A stretch of 64,000 nucleotides of DNA from Octopus sinensis (GCF_006345805.1 NC_042999.1:35836001-35900000); one strand, 5' to 3'. Positions 39,629 to 53,119 are shown, numbered from the stretch's first letter. The notes: generated by a model from the sequence alone, not told the origin. Numbers and translations: made by a program.

Positions 39629-39700
<72 letters not shown>
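38816..39700. repeat. ~0.9 kb (AAT)n array ending in (AAG)n
   Basis: Read directly. Confidence 0.95.
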
Positions 39701-39702
<2 letters not shown>

Positions 39703-40066
39703 AAACGAGGAGTGAGTGTGCAGCAAATACGTATGTGGTGAATAGTGTTATCTTTGAGCGCAGTCATGAGTGAAAATTGAATTTCGAATAGAAATATGAA
39801 CCAAATTTAAAAGTAAGTTCTAGGGTCTATTTGCTCGACTAACACTACAAGGCGTCGCCACAGTCCAATGACCACAATCCAATGACCGCAATCCAACGAC
39901 CGCAATCCAATGACTACAATCTAATGACTGAAATAGGTAGAAAGAGTAACAAACATACATGCATAATACACAACACAAACGAACATACATGAAATATAAA
40001 AATAGATATACATATACGCATAATTCATACTCACGAATACAAATATAAACATATACATGCATATAT

Positions 40067-40290
40067 ATTTCTTTACAAGGGGCTAAACACAGAGGGGACA
40101 AACATGGACAGACAAACGGATTAAGTCGATTACATTGATCCCAGTGCGTAACTGGTACTTAATTTATCGACCTCGAAAGGATGAAAGGCAAAGTCGACCT
40201 CGGCGGAATTTGAACTCATAACGTAACGGCTGACGAAATACCGCTAAGCATTTCGCCCGGCGTCCTAACGTTTCTGCCAGCTCGCCGCCT
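40067..40290 (-). mobile_element. SINE A (tail 2) with 16-bp TSD
   Basis: TSD ATATACATGCATATAT at 40051-66 and 40292-307. Confidence 0.9.
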
Positions 40291-41189
40291 TATATACATG
40301 CATATATCTTTCTCCAATCAATATCACAAATAGATCTTGCTAAAGCTATATAAATCAAACTTGATTATTCGTACGTTAACAGCCACACATATCAATCCTG
40401 TCACCTTGCACGCAACACAGACCTCATGACAATCTGGCCACGCTTTATTTAAATAAAGTCTGAATAAAAGATTTTTACGTCAATTATAGATGTGACTGAA
40501 ACCTGTGCTTAATAACCCGTTGACAATAATAACTATACCGAATACCCTTGTCCAGTAGCAGTAGCAACAACAGTAGTGACACTTTTGAAGGATCACTTTA
40601 AACTAGTACACACGCGCGCGCGCACACACACACTTTATTTGAGGGTCAACTAGGCTACCATTGGTTTCATGTTAAGATAGGCATATCTTATATGTCAAAG
40701 TGTGCATCACTTAGTCAATCAGATAACATGCTGTAGAAATGTCTTAACGGAAAAATTCGTATAGCCGTTGTCTTGTTTTTGTGTTAATAGTCTGTCTAAT
40801 TCATATTATGGAGTGAAAAGTGTGCAAGCAGGTAAAAAACAATTAGTAAATTAGTAAAGATAAGCGTACTTGCATGGGAGCTGGTAGAAATTACTCTTGC
40901 GAGACTAAAACAAATAGCACATCGCTACAGAAACGAGGCGGGCAGAGAATAAGACAGCTTAGCAATAACTGCCCACTCAATAAAGAGATACATGTCTGGT
41001 CTGGGACAAATGAGCCAAGAGAGAGTCAGCTAATTTGAACAAATTTCCGTTAGGATTCGCTGCCTACTAGTTTCTTGTTGCCTAAAAGTTTTGATTGGGT
41101 AAAATGTATGAGTGACTAAGATAACACGGTAAATCTAAAATGATGACGCATTTTCGTTTATTATGCAAACAAATGTGGAATTTCATACC

Positions 41190-41430
41190 TATTTCTTTAT
41201 TATCCACAAGGGGCTAAACATAGAGTGGACAAACATGGACAGACATAGGTATTAAGTCGAATATATCGACTCCAGTGCTTAACTGGTACTTAATTTATCG
41301 ACCCCGAAAGGATGAAAGGCAAAGTCGACCTCGGCTGAATTTGAACTCACAACGTAACGGTAGCCGAAATACCGCTAAGCATTTCGCCCGACGTGCTAAC
41401 GATTCTGCCAGTTCGCCGCCTTTTTGGAAT
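41190..41430 (-). mobile_element. SINE A (tail 2) with 16-bp TSD
   Basis: TSD TGTGGAATTTCATACC at 41174-89 and 41431-46. Confidence 0.9.
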
Positions 41431-41759
41431 TGTGGAATTTCATACCGTTTGCTTGTTTTCTTTGGGAGTGTGTTCTATGAGGTGGTTCCATTTCCACTTC
41501 ATACATTTCTCGCTGTCTCCAGTAGTGAGGCTGTCTCCACAAGTGAGGCTGGAAGAAAGATAAAAGAAAAACGGTTTATTAAATTGTTCAAACCTGTTCC
41601 TAACGGAAATAACAACAATAATATGACAACGAGTTAATGATGTGGATTAAAAAATATCGTTAACATATGAATAATAAACAAATTACAGAAGACTCCCAGC
41701 AATTGAAATAAAAAACGATCGAAACCAACTAAGTTTGCTCACTCGTAAAACCATTATAT

Positions 41760-41870
41760 GTAAACCGCAAGCTAATTGGCTAAAATAAAGGCGCTATCTA
41801 TGCCAGTAATATCGGTACGCCCGGCAAACCGTGACGTTTACGCTGCATGTCGATTGGTCAAAATCGTATT
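41760..41870. promoter_or_regulatory. Possible promoter-like element: two ATTGG (inverted CCAAT) boxes and TGACGT in CpG-rich unique sequence
   Basis: ATTGG at 41775 and 41853, TGACGT at 41832. Short motifs only. Confidence 0.25.
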
Positions 41871-42220
41871 CCAAAAATTCAGCTTGTTGGTGCTTTCTAA
41901 GAGGTACAAAAAGGAAGGAATCAGTCATTTTACTACAGTTGTCAAGAATTCAACTGTCAGTTAAAAACATTTTGAAATCTGTTTTTTTTTTCTAGTTTCA
42001 GCTCAGAGCTGCGGCCATGCTGATGCGTAAGAAAGCACTAATTGAACTCTATGGACAGTACAAAATATCTTGTTAATTTTTAACACGCTTTAACATAGTA
42101 AAAATATGTATTTTTTAAATACCATAATAAAAAACGTGAAAACTAAACCATGTTTTAACTTTATTCAACTGATGTATTATTCTATACATATTTACACAAA
42201 ATCGGAATATATACATATAT

Positions 42221-42275
<55 letters not shown>

Positions 42276-42760
42276 ATTATATATATACATATATATATTA
42301 TATATATATATGTATGTATGTATATATATACACATACACACATATATACACACATATATATATACACATACATACATATATATATATATGTACATCTCTC
42401 TCTCTCTATATATATATATACATACATACATACACATATATATACACACATACATATATATATGGACATACATCTATATATGTATATGTATATATATATA
42501 TATACACATACACACACACACGCACACACACACCATACACATATATATATATACATATACACCATACATACACACACACACATACACACATATATGGAGA
42601 GGGAGATATGTATATATAACTTATCGGATATTTGCAATATATATTTCAATGCCTCATTCATTAGTTATACTAATATTCACACACTTACTTTTCTCTCACT
42701 CACTCTGTGTCAATATATTTATGTCTGTGCGTGTGTGCGCGTGAGTGTGTGTGTGTGTGT

Positions 42761-42809
<49 letters not shown>

Positions 42810-42990
42810 ATGTGTGTATGAGTGCGCGCGCGCGTCCTGTTGATGCTTGCACTGTTCTGAACAGCAATGTGTTACTGGTTACAATGGCCACTCCCTTGTT
42901 ATTTGCACTGTCGGAAATGCAGCGAAGCAGTGACTGGCCGTTGAATACCTACAATCAATCATGATTTTATTTATAAATTGCAATACAAAA

Positions 42991-43025
<35 letters not shown>

Positions 43026-43237
43026 ATCGATAAATAGATAAATAGATAAATAGATAAATAAATGAATATGAAAGTGAATACTAGATACTGCTGGCATTTT
43101 CCGGATATTTTTTTTTGTACCACCTCCACAAAATTTCATATCAATGCCTTTTGTATACCCACCTCACCCTCTTTATAAACCACACCTGAAAGATTCACTT
43201 CCTCAATACAAAGCATTTCCTCTAACCTATCTCTCAC

Positions 43238-43795
43238 AGAATTGCAGCACCCCTACAACTTCCTTCTCGTCTGCATTTTGTATAAGCAATTCAACCTTCA
43301 CACCAATTGCATAAACCATCCCCAGCTCAATTCAAGGAGGAAACCTCTATGTACTCGCTCAGCCTGTTGGAAATAGCTACATAAATCTTCTTCATATCCA
43401 ACCCTACCGACTTAAAAGTATGAAATACGCATTCCGTGATGTTAATTACTTATGCTCTTCGCTGCTTATGGATCAAAGACCTATAGAAAGAGGAGGGGTA
43501 AAGGAAAGAAATAAGCAGAATTGCAGCACCCCTACAACTTCCTTCTCGTCTGCATTTTGTATAAGCAATTCAACCTTCACACCGATTGCATAAACCATCC
43601 CCAGCTCAATTCAAGGAGGAAACCTCTACGTATTCGACTAACCTGTTGGAAATAGCTACATAAATCTTCATATCCAACCCTACCGATTTAAAAGAATGAA
43701 ATACGCATTCCCTGATGTTAATTACTTATGCCCTTCGCTACTTATGGATCAAAGACCTATAGAAGGAGGAGGGGTAAAGGAAAGAAATAAGCAGA
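43238..43795. repeat. 279-bp tandem duplication
   Basis: AGAATTGCAGCACCCCTAC starts at 43238 and 43517; few substitutions between units. Confidence 0.95.
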
Positions 43796-43889
43796 AACCA
43801 AATAAATGAGAAATATAGAACGATATGTGAATTAAATAAAAACCTAAAGACTTGGAAAAAGATATATCTAGTGGAAGTGAAATGTAAGA

Positions 43890-44395
43890 AGAAAATCAAT
43901 GTTCAAATTATATATAATGGTAGATATCACTTATATGAACTGAAGGTATGTTTCTGCCAATATTTACATCGATAATCACGCTCCATAACCGTGTTTACAA
44001 GGGGATTCTTAGAAAAAAGAATAAAATACAGTTGAGAATTACAGAGTTGACAAAATTCTTTGCCTTTATCATGTGGGAATGAAATGGAGAGAATCAACCA
44101 ATCTAAATTAAATTGATTATTATGGCCTTTCAGATACCAAATTCATTTACTAAGCCCTGTACTCTTACGTTTATTACTATCCCTAAATGTAGAGTAATGA
44201 TTAGAAATTATTTTAGATAACTGAGAAGAAGAACTATCTATATAAAAAAAAGACATCAGTACCTGAAGAAATTTTACACTGGTATATAGAGTTTCTAATC
44301 TTAGAATTACTAGACTTAAATTTAATTCTGTTGGAATTATCTTCATTTGGCTTCTGCTTATTTCTTTCCTTTACCCCTCCTCTTTCTATAGGCTA
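43890..44395 (-). pseudogene. Penelope-like element GIY-YIG endonuclease remnant
   Basis: RNSIYQCKISSGTDVFF/YIDSSSSQLSKIISNHYSTFRDSNKRKSTGLSK*IWYLKGHNNQFNLDWLIL...DKGKEFCQLCNSQLYFIL matches the PLE pattern IYQ..YIG..K.R..NH..F....ST.LSK.IW.LK....I.W.IL....C.LC. Confidence 0.75.
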
Positions 44396-44639
44396 CCTTT
44401 GACATTATATCCTGTAACGTTTTTTTAAAGAAAACTTAATAGCGTTCCGTTCATCATTATACATATCCATCACATTCTGTTAAAATGTCTTATTGACGAA
44501 TTTGTTTTATTTCGTTATTTCCCCAAAGAGAAGATTACATTGTTTTACACCATTTTTATTCCTTTCGCATAATAGCAATGTTGTCTTCGAAACATGTGTC
44601 GGAAGTAAAAGAATTTGAATAACACCTGCGTTTAACTCC

Positions 44640-44713
<74 letters not shown>

Positions 44714-45324
44714 TCTCTTTCTTTCTATGCCTCTCCCTCTGTCGTTCTCTTTCTCTCACTCTTTCAAACACAGGCACACACATATATAAATATGTGTAAG
44801 TTTGTATGTGTAAATATACATGTGAAAGGCTTTGGTAAAACAGGTGATATATCCTGTAGAGTAAGTATTTGTTTAGTTACCAAGTGTGAGTACTTCAAAG
44901 AAATAAATTCCAACTTGATCTATTTGAGGTAGTTTTTCATCCAAATATAATTTCCTCAGGCTGGATATAAAACGTGCCTATTTTTTTATATTGGCTTTCG
45001 TTATTGGCAGACTTATGTTTAATCTATATGACTGATAACCTTATACTTCTGGTTTCAGAGTAACTTTTATCTTTTTTTACACTGCCTGATAAGAAAGGCA
45101 GTTGTCGAAACAGAACGTTCTGTGGCAGATGACATGCAAAAATAAAATAACATGTATATTTGCTTTATACATTGTATCAGATACTTAATGCCAGGAATTT
45201 TTCAGCACTCCCTAGTAAATATGCGCTTGTGTATGTGCGTGCATATACGAGCGTGTATGTATGCATGTCCCAGAAGTTTAGGAATAGCACTCGCAACTTT
45301 ATGGACCCCTGCATCCAGCCAATC

Positions 45325-45522
45325 TTTCTCTCTCCCGCCTTCTCTCTTACTCTCTCCTTCTCTCTCTCTCTATCGACTTCTCTCTCACGCTCTCCTCTCT
45401 CTCTCTCGCATTCTCTCTAACTCTTTTCTTCTTTCTCTCCCACTCTCTCCTTCTCTCTCTCTCGCATTCTCTCTCACTCTTTTCTTCTTTCTCTCCCACT
45501 CTCTCCTTCTCTCTCTCTCTCT

Positions 45523-45557
<35 letters not shown>

Positions 45558-46400
45558 AACCGTCTTTCCATTCCTGATCCTCATTTCTACTCTCTCGCTT
45601 CTCTCGCTCCACCCTGAAATCTCTTTCCTTCCACCCGCTCTACCAATCACTGTCACCTATTGGCTACATGACACCCGAAGAACTAAACTGAATGCTCCTT
45701 AACATCGCAATCATCATCACTACCATCAACATCTAGATATCGATATCTACACCACCACCGCTGGCTGTCGCCATCACCACTGCTACCCTCACTGTCATCG
45801 CTATCGCCGCTGCAGTCACAGCCATCACTGCCACAACCACCTCCACCATCACCCCGTCGCATCTTCCCTTCCCCAGCCGCTGCCTACCTCTCCACCATCG
45901 ACATCACCACCACTATCTCCTACCATTGCATATATCACCACTTTAACCACCGTCGTAATCACCTATAGCACCACCACCACCACCACCACCACCACCACCA
46001 GCACCACCACCACCAGCACCACCACCACCAGCACCACCACCACCAGCACCACCACCACCAGCACCACCACCACCACTAGCATTGCCGCCGCCACCACATC
46101 CACCACCACCACCATCACCACCAACGGCACCACCGCCACCACTGCCGCTGCCACGTCCACCGTCACCACCACCGCAGCCAACACCGCCGCCGCTACCACC
46201 ACCACCACCACCACCACCACTATCACGAACACCAGCGCCGCAGCCGCCGCGGCCGCGGCCGCCGCTGAAGCCGCCACCACCACATCCACCACCATAGCCA
46301 TTGAGAACGCCTTGTTTTTTTTCATTACTTCCCGTTTCTAATGAAACCAATTATAATCAGCATGACACCACCACCACCACCACCACCCTCACCGTTCATC
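45325..46400. repeat. (CT)n tract with internal duplication followed by degenerate (ACC/GCC)n GC-rich tract with 15-bp units
   Basis: Read directly; GCACCACCACCACCA repeated at about 46000-46075. Confidence 0.85.
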
Positions 46401-46854
46401 ACAGCACACCTTATTTTTTAATCTTACCTACCACACCTACCATGCTACGTAGCATACTCGTTCAATACACTACATTACCTTACAATTCCAACTTGCTGCA
46501 CTACAGCAAACCACGTGCCTCCCCTGCACCATTCACACATCACCACAGTACAACAAGCCTCAGCACAAGAGACAATGTTCCACCCTATTACACCGCCCCA
46601 CGCTCCATGCCCCACACCCCACATCCCACGCCCAATCACCCTTCCCCCACTTCATTTCACACCCACCACAACGCATCACTCCATCTTAACATTAATTTTT
46701 TTTCCTCCTTCAGTAAATTTCTAACGTGATCAGCCAAAAGTATGTATGTATGTATGTATGTATGTATGTATGTATGTATGTGTGTATGTATGTATGTACG
46801 TATCTATGTATGTATGCATGCATGCATGCATGTATGTATGTATGTATGTATGTA

Positions 46855-48129
46855 CAGGGGTTGGACCAAATAATGGAAACACCTAGCATCATAGCACCAT
46901 AGTTTTGAAATATCTATAAAACCGTCAAAAGCATGTATATTTTTATGTTTTTTGATTTATTATTAGTGTTGCTTAATGTTTTGCTAAAATTGCTGTTTCT
47001 TTTCAGATATTACCAGAAAAAGTTAATTAAAATTCATTAAAATGACAGATCTATCGGACTTTCAAAGAGGTCAAATTGTTGATGTTCATATGGCAGGCGC
47101 TAGCGTAACGAAAACAGCCAAAATGTTTGGTGTATCAAGAACTACTGTCTCGAAACTAATTACAGCCTTTGAGAAAGAGGGGAAAAAACTCCTCGTCGAA
47201 ACAAAACTCCGGAAGAACACCAAAACTATCAGATAGGGACTGTCGGACTCCTACGCGAATTGTTAGAAAGGATTACAAAAGTACAGCTCCCAAAATTACT
47301 GCAGAACTTAGAGACCATCTCGAGAACCCAGTTTCCACAAAATCCGTTCGCCGGGAACTGTACAAAGCTGGATTTCACGGGAGGACTACAATCAGAAAAC
47401 CACTACTTTCAAAAATAAACGTTGCAAAGCATTTAGAGTGGAGAAAACACCTACAGAATTGGTCCCTAGAACAGTGGCAGAATGTTATTTTCTTGGACGA
47501 ATCACCTTTTACCTTATTTCCGACCACCAGCCGAGTATACATGTGGAGACAGCCAAAAGAAGCATTTGATCCAGATTGCCTTCTTCCAACTATTAAACAT
47601 GAAGGAGGATTTGTGATGATCTGGAATGGGGGGCTATATCTTGGAAATCCGCCAGCCGAATGGTTTCCCTTCATGGCAGAATTAATAGTCAAGACTATTT
47701 AAGCATTTTATCTGATCAAATTCATCCTATCGTTGCGGAACTGTTTCCGGGAGTAAATTCAATCTTTCAGGATGATAATGCACCAATTCACACAGCTAAA
47801 GTTGTTACTGAATGGCTCGAGGAAATTCTAGTGAAGTTGAACATCTTATCTGGCCACCACAGTTCCCAGATCTCAATATTATTGAACATTTATGGTGCAT
47901 TTTAGAAAACCAACTAACGAGTCAAAATCCTCCACCATCATCACTGCCAGAAAAGGAGACTGTTTTAGCTGAAGAATGGACAAAAATTCCTTTGGAAACA
48001 ATTCAAACTTTGTATGAGTTCATACCTCATAGAATTCAAGCTGTAAATACTGCCAAAGGCGGTCCTACCCCATATTAAAATAAATTTGCTTGAAATTTAA
48101 AGTGTTTCCATTATTTTGTCCAACCTCTG
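46855..48129 (+). mobile_element. Near full-length Tc1-like transposon (1275 bp), probable DD36E type
   Basis: 28-bp TIRs CAG(G/A)GGTTGGAC(C/A)AAATAATGGAAACAC at 46855-82 and 48102-29; TA flanks; inserted in (TATG)n. Confidence 0.95.
47042..48078 (+). pseudogene. Tc1 transposase with three frameshifts
   Basis: Paired-like HTH (MTDLSDFQRGQIV...GVSRTTVSK), SGRTPKLS, NVIFLDES, FQDDNAPIHTA, WPPQFPDLNIIEHLW, KGGPTPY*; four overlapping ORFs in the track. Confidence 0.95.
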
Positions 48130-48693
48130 TATGTATGTATGTATGTATGTATGTATGCATGTATGTATGTATGTATATATGCATCCATGTACATATTATG
48201 TATGCATGTATTATGTATGTATATATGTAAGCATGTATACTTGTATGGATGTGTGTATGCATGCATGTATGTGTGCATGTGAATATGTATATGTGTATGC
48301 ACGTATTATGGAAGGATGTATGTATGTGTGTATGTATATGGCTATGCATGTATAAATGTATGTATTTATGTATGTATGCATGCATATATGTATGCGTGCA
48401 TAGATGTATGTATGCATGTATGCATGCATCTATGCATGTATACATGCATATATGTATGCATGCATAGATGTATATATGCATCTATGTATGTATGTGTGTA
48501 ACGATGTATGTATGAGCGCGTATATGTCTATGTATGCATATCTATGTGTTTGTATGAATGTATGTATGTATGTGTGTGTATGTATGATTGTATGTGTGTT
48601 GAATATGCTTATCTACGTATATGTATATGTACGCATATATGTATGTGAATATGTACGCATAAGTTTTATATATGACCTGGTTACGTTGTAAAG

Positions 48694-48996
48694 TCACGTG
48701 ATCACGTGACCGACCAGGCTATCAGATGTTGCTACACATCGCTGGTCACAATGCGTTCGCATTGTTTTAGCCTTCGGAATGACGCCACCCCGCTGGTTAA
48801 GCGAACAGGCCAACAGAAGAAAGAGTTAGAGAAAGTTGTGGCGAAAGAGTACAGCAGGGATCACCCCCTGCCGGAGCCTCGCGGAGCTTTTAGATGTTTT
48901 CGCTCAATAAACACACACAACGCCCAGTCTGGGAATTGAAACCGCGATCCTACGACCGCGTGTCCACTGCCCTAACCACTGGGTCATTGCGCCTCC
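48694..48996 (-). mobile_element. tRNA-derived SINE, head H2 + tail T2
   Basis: GGAGGCGCAATGACCCAGTGGTTAGGG, GTTTCAATTCCC, GAGCGAAAACA.CTAAA.GCTCC body, T2 tail. Confidence 0.85.
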
Positions 48997-49039
48997 ACAT
49001 GTTGTAAGTCTCGAAAATTTTTCAGCCGCGGTCTCTTTT

Positions 49040-49255
49040 CAATAGTTGTCCCTGCATCCAGCAGTAGAGCCTTGGTTCAGGAATTCCAGCATTTTGAGGA
49101 GTGTGAAACCATCCCTTAGCCACTATTGTTCCCAGATCTACTCTGAGTAGGACGGCCTGTTAGGGTACCAGCTATAGTTAACTAGCATGTGCACTAATGG
49201 GAGTGAAGGACTTCTAGTTTTCATTAGAACTTCCTTCTAAGGGAAGGTAAACTCG
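49040..49255. mobile_element. Unclassified interspersed repeat E (inverted homolog at 58483-58675)
   Basis: Shared GTTTACCTT.CC.TAGAAG.AAGTTCTAA...AGCTGG.ACCCTAACAGG...CACACTCCTCAAAATGCTGGAA. Confidence 0.65.
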
Positions 49256-49429
49256 TACAAAAAAAACGGAAGCGCAGTGCAGTTGATTTCTAGTGGTCTT
49301 AACCTGTATCGTGCCGCTAGTTTTATAGTTGATTGCTATAACTTATTGCCATGCATGTTATCAGATATCCCTTGTCTGATAATATGCATGAGCATGTTAG
49401 TAGAAAATTCTGAGATGATTGTAACATTA

Positions 49430-50113
49430 ATTATCAAACCAGTCTATCATGGACCAATAGCCGGATTACTACCTCCCACTTTGAAGGGTGTGCGTTTGCA
49501 ATCCAGGAACAGGAAAGTACCTGATGCACAAAAGGGACAGAGATGCAGGAAAACCAGTAAAATGTGAAACCGATGCAGCCTTTGAGGAGTTAGCACCGAA
49601 GATATAACTGTCCGAAAATGTCATCACGGTTTATCTACCAATGAGACATGATGTTGTAGCTTGGACAATCTATAATGAAATCCGTCGGAAGGATAATCCC
49701 GATGACAAAGAAATAATAACCTACAATATGGTAGAAGCCATAGCCACTCATAATAAAAAGGAGTATTGGTGGAATGTCCCTTCAAGATCTCAATAAAATG
49801 TAAGCTCAACAGACCTGATATAATGATTTGGAATAGAGAAGAGAAACTGTGTACAGTTGTGAAGATCAGTGAAAAAGAGACTACCTATGTTAAACTATTG
49901 AGAAAACTGCAGTTGCTCTATCCAGATTATAAGTTCAGGTTTATACCAGTAATTATTGGGGCCCTGGAATATGTAACACTGTGCCTAAATACGAATCTTG
50001 AGAAATTAGGCTTCTCAAAACCAGAAAGAAGAAAGCTAATTCGAAGACTACAAATCCAATCCATCGCTGGAACTGTAAAAATCTGTAAAACTTTCCAGAA
50101 GTTTATCATTTAA
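49430..50113 (+). pseudogene. R4/Dong-group LINE C-terminal fragment (CCHC region and restriction-like endonuclease)
   Basis: SLSWTNSRITTSHFEGCAFAIQEQE, CPKMSSR, MRHDVVA, NRPDIMIWNREEKLC, FIPVIIGAL, LQIQSIAGTVKICKTFQKFII*. Confidence 0.85.
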
Positions 50114-50189
50114 ATATATATGAACATGTCTAGATATGCAACTATATGCATGATAATACTTACATAAGGCAAAACGTACAAATCTGTAC

Positions 50190-51008
50190 AGGCATACATA
50201 CATACATACATACATACATACATACATACATACATACATACATACATACATACATACATACATACATACATACAACATATATCAACTATATACACGAGAA
50301 TACTTACATAAAGCAAAACGTATAAACCTGCACGTGCATACATATATACATATATACATACATACATAATTACATACATTCAAACAAGAATATTCTATTG
50401 TTGATGTTGAAATTTCAATGAAGCGGCCTAGGTTAGAAACCGGCTCTTTCTCTACTGACAAGAAATAAAACTGAACAATGACATGCATGCATAAATATAT
50501 AGATACATACATACATACATACATACATACATACATACATACATACATACATACATACATACATGCATACATACATGCATACATACATGCATACATACAC
50601 ATACATACATACATACATACATACATACATACACACACACATACATCATACATACATACATACATACATACACATACATACATACATACATAAATACATA
50701 CACACACATACATACATACATACACACACATGCATACACACACATACATACACACACATACATACATACATACATAAATACATACACAACATACATACAC
50801 ACATACATACACATACACACACACATACATACACACACCATACATACATAACATACATACATACACACATACATACATACATACACACACATACATACAT
50901 ACATACATACATACATACATACATACATACATACATACACATACACACACATACATACACACACACATGCATACATACACACACACATGCATACATACAC
51001 ACACATAC

Positions 51009-51039
<31 letters not shown>

Positions 51040-51062
51040 CATACATACATGCATACATACAT

Positions 51063-51093
<31 letters not shown>

Positions 51094-51115
51094 TACATAC
51101 ATACATACGTACATA
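50190..51115. repeat. (CATA)n/(CA)n compound microsatellites
   Basis: Read directly. Confidence 0.9.
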
Positions 51116-51612
51116 CATTGTCGTGTGTTTTTACTTGACCGTGAGTTTTTTGTTTGTCTCTTATAGCCGGGGCCAAGTCATCTAACGCGACACAAAGTGG
51201 CCAAGCATGTGGCAACGTCCCGAAAAGCTTAAATAAATAACACGATGATGCGCCATACAGCCACTCCTCATGCCACCTCTCCTTACACTTTCTTTTTCCA
51301 ACACCCTTGCATCTTTAATTACACCGCATGCCTTTGTTTGTATACGTGTGTGTGTGTGTGTGCGTGCGCGTGTGTGTGTGTGTGGTGTGTGTGTGTGTGT
51401 GTATGTGTGTTTTGCGCGCCTTCACTCTTCAAACTAATCTCGCCATTGGAACACAATAGGTCTGCTTCTTTTAATAAGTGTAATGACAACAACCACAACA
51501 ATGGAAACAACAACAAAAACAACAAAAGCATCATCATCATCAACATCATCATCATCAACAACAACAACAAAAATAAATGTAATTTTACTACTACTACTAT
51601 TACTACTACTAT

Positions 51613-51682
<70 letters not shown>

Positions 51683-51985
51683 ACTAGAGCAATAATAGTT
51701 ATGAAATCTTATTTGAAAGAAGAAGGGGAGGAAGGAACGGAGGGGGAAGGAGGGAAAGAAGGAAGGAGAGGAGGAGGAGAGAAGAAGATGAAGAAGCCAA
51801 AAACAGTAAAAAACACAATAAAGTTTGTTTAAATATATATTGACAGACTGTCTATAGAGATGGTTGTGTTTATATGTACGCATGTATGCATATAAATATA
51901 TATAAATTTATATATACATATATGGTATGTATGTATATATATGGATAAATACATACATACACACACATATATATATATGTATATG

Positions 51986-52018
<33 letters not shown>

Positions 52019-52071
52019 ATATATATATATATAGATAGATAGATAGATAGATGCATACATGCATGCATACA

Positions 52072-52102
<31 letters not shown>

Positions 52103-52495
52103 GTATATAGAAAGATGAGAAACAGAAAATAGAATTCACAAGACTCTTTATTCAGAACCACTACGATCGTTTCGACTCATCATGCATCTCTACTTTATGC
52201 TTGATATACTGTACAATCGACTGTCATGCATTATTGGTGTTGAATAAAGAGGCTCGTCAATTCCATTTTCTGTCTCATGTTTTTATATAAACTCTGCGGG
52301 TACAAAAGAATTCCTGCAGTAAATCCAGTGGCATATACCTCCATACTGTTGTTGACATCAGGTAGCCGAATACTGTGAACGGCTTTTAAACAGTATACTA
52401 CAAGGTGTCTACCCGAATATAAAATTGCTAGCTAGCTACCTACCTACCTACCTACCTACCTACCTACCTACCTACCTACCTACCTACCTACCTAC

Positions 52496-52727
52496 CTATT
52501 TCTTTATTACCCACAAGGGGCTAAACATAGAGGGGACAAACAAGGACAGACATAGGTATTAAGTCGATTCCATCGATCCCAGTGCGTAACTGGTACTTAA
52601 TTTATCGACCCCGAAAGGGTGAAAAGCAAAGTCGACCTCGGCGGAATTTGAACTCACAACGTAACGGCAGACGAAATACCGCAAAGCATTTCGCCCGGCG
52701 TGCTAACGCTTCTGCCAGCTCGCCGCC
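52496..52727 (-). mobile_element. SINE A (tail 2) inside a (TACC)n microsatellite
   Basis: (TACC)n on both flanks. Confidence 0.9.
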
Positions 52728-53119
52728 AGTTACCTACCTACCTACCTACCTACCTACCTACCTACATACATACATACATACATACATACATACATACATA
52801 CATACATACATACATACATGTATATATGGAGTTATCGTTTAGTCACAGCTGTGGGTGAATATATTCTTAAAGTCAACTCTTAGTCACTCGCGGGTACTTC
52901 TAGGTTTTATCCCTAATTCAATTCTTAACCAAATTGAAAGCGGTTTATTTTAGCAATGATGGTCTAGTCTTTAGTTACAATTTGAGGTAAAATAACTGAA
53001 ATTTGATTCATTAGAAAAAAGTTAGGTCAAAATATTTGAGGTCAAAAATAGGCGAAAAATTGGCTTTGACTCAAAATATCTCAGTTATTTTAATAGAAAA
53101 GTATATATTAATAGTCAAG

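Noticed and set aside
45943-46350. Gly-rich or Pro-rich ORFs resembling structural proteins
   Set aside because: Degenerate (ACC/GCC)n tract open in several frames and strands; no splice signals or codon structure to support one frame.
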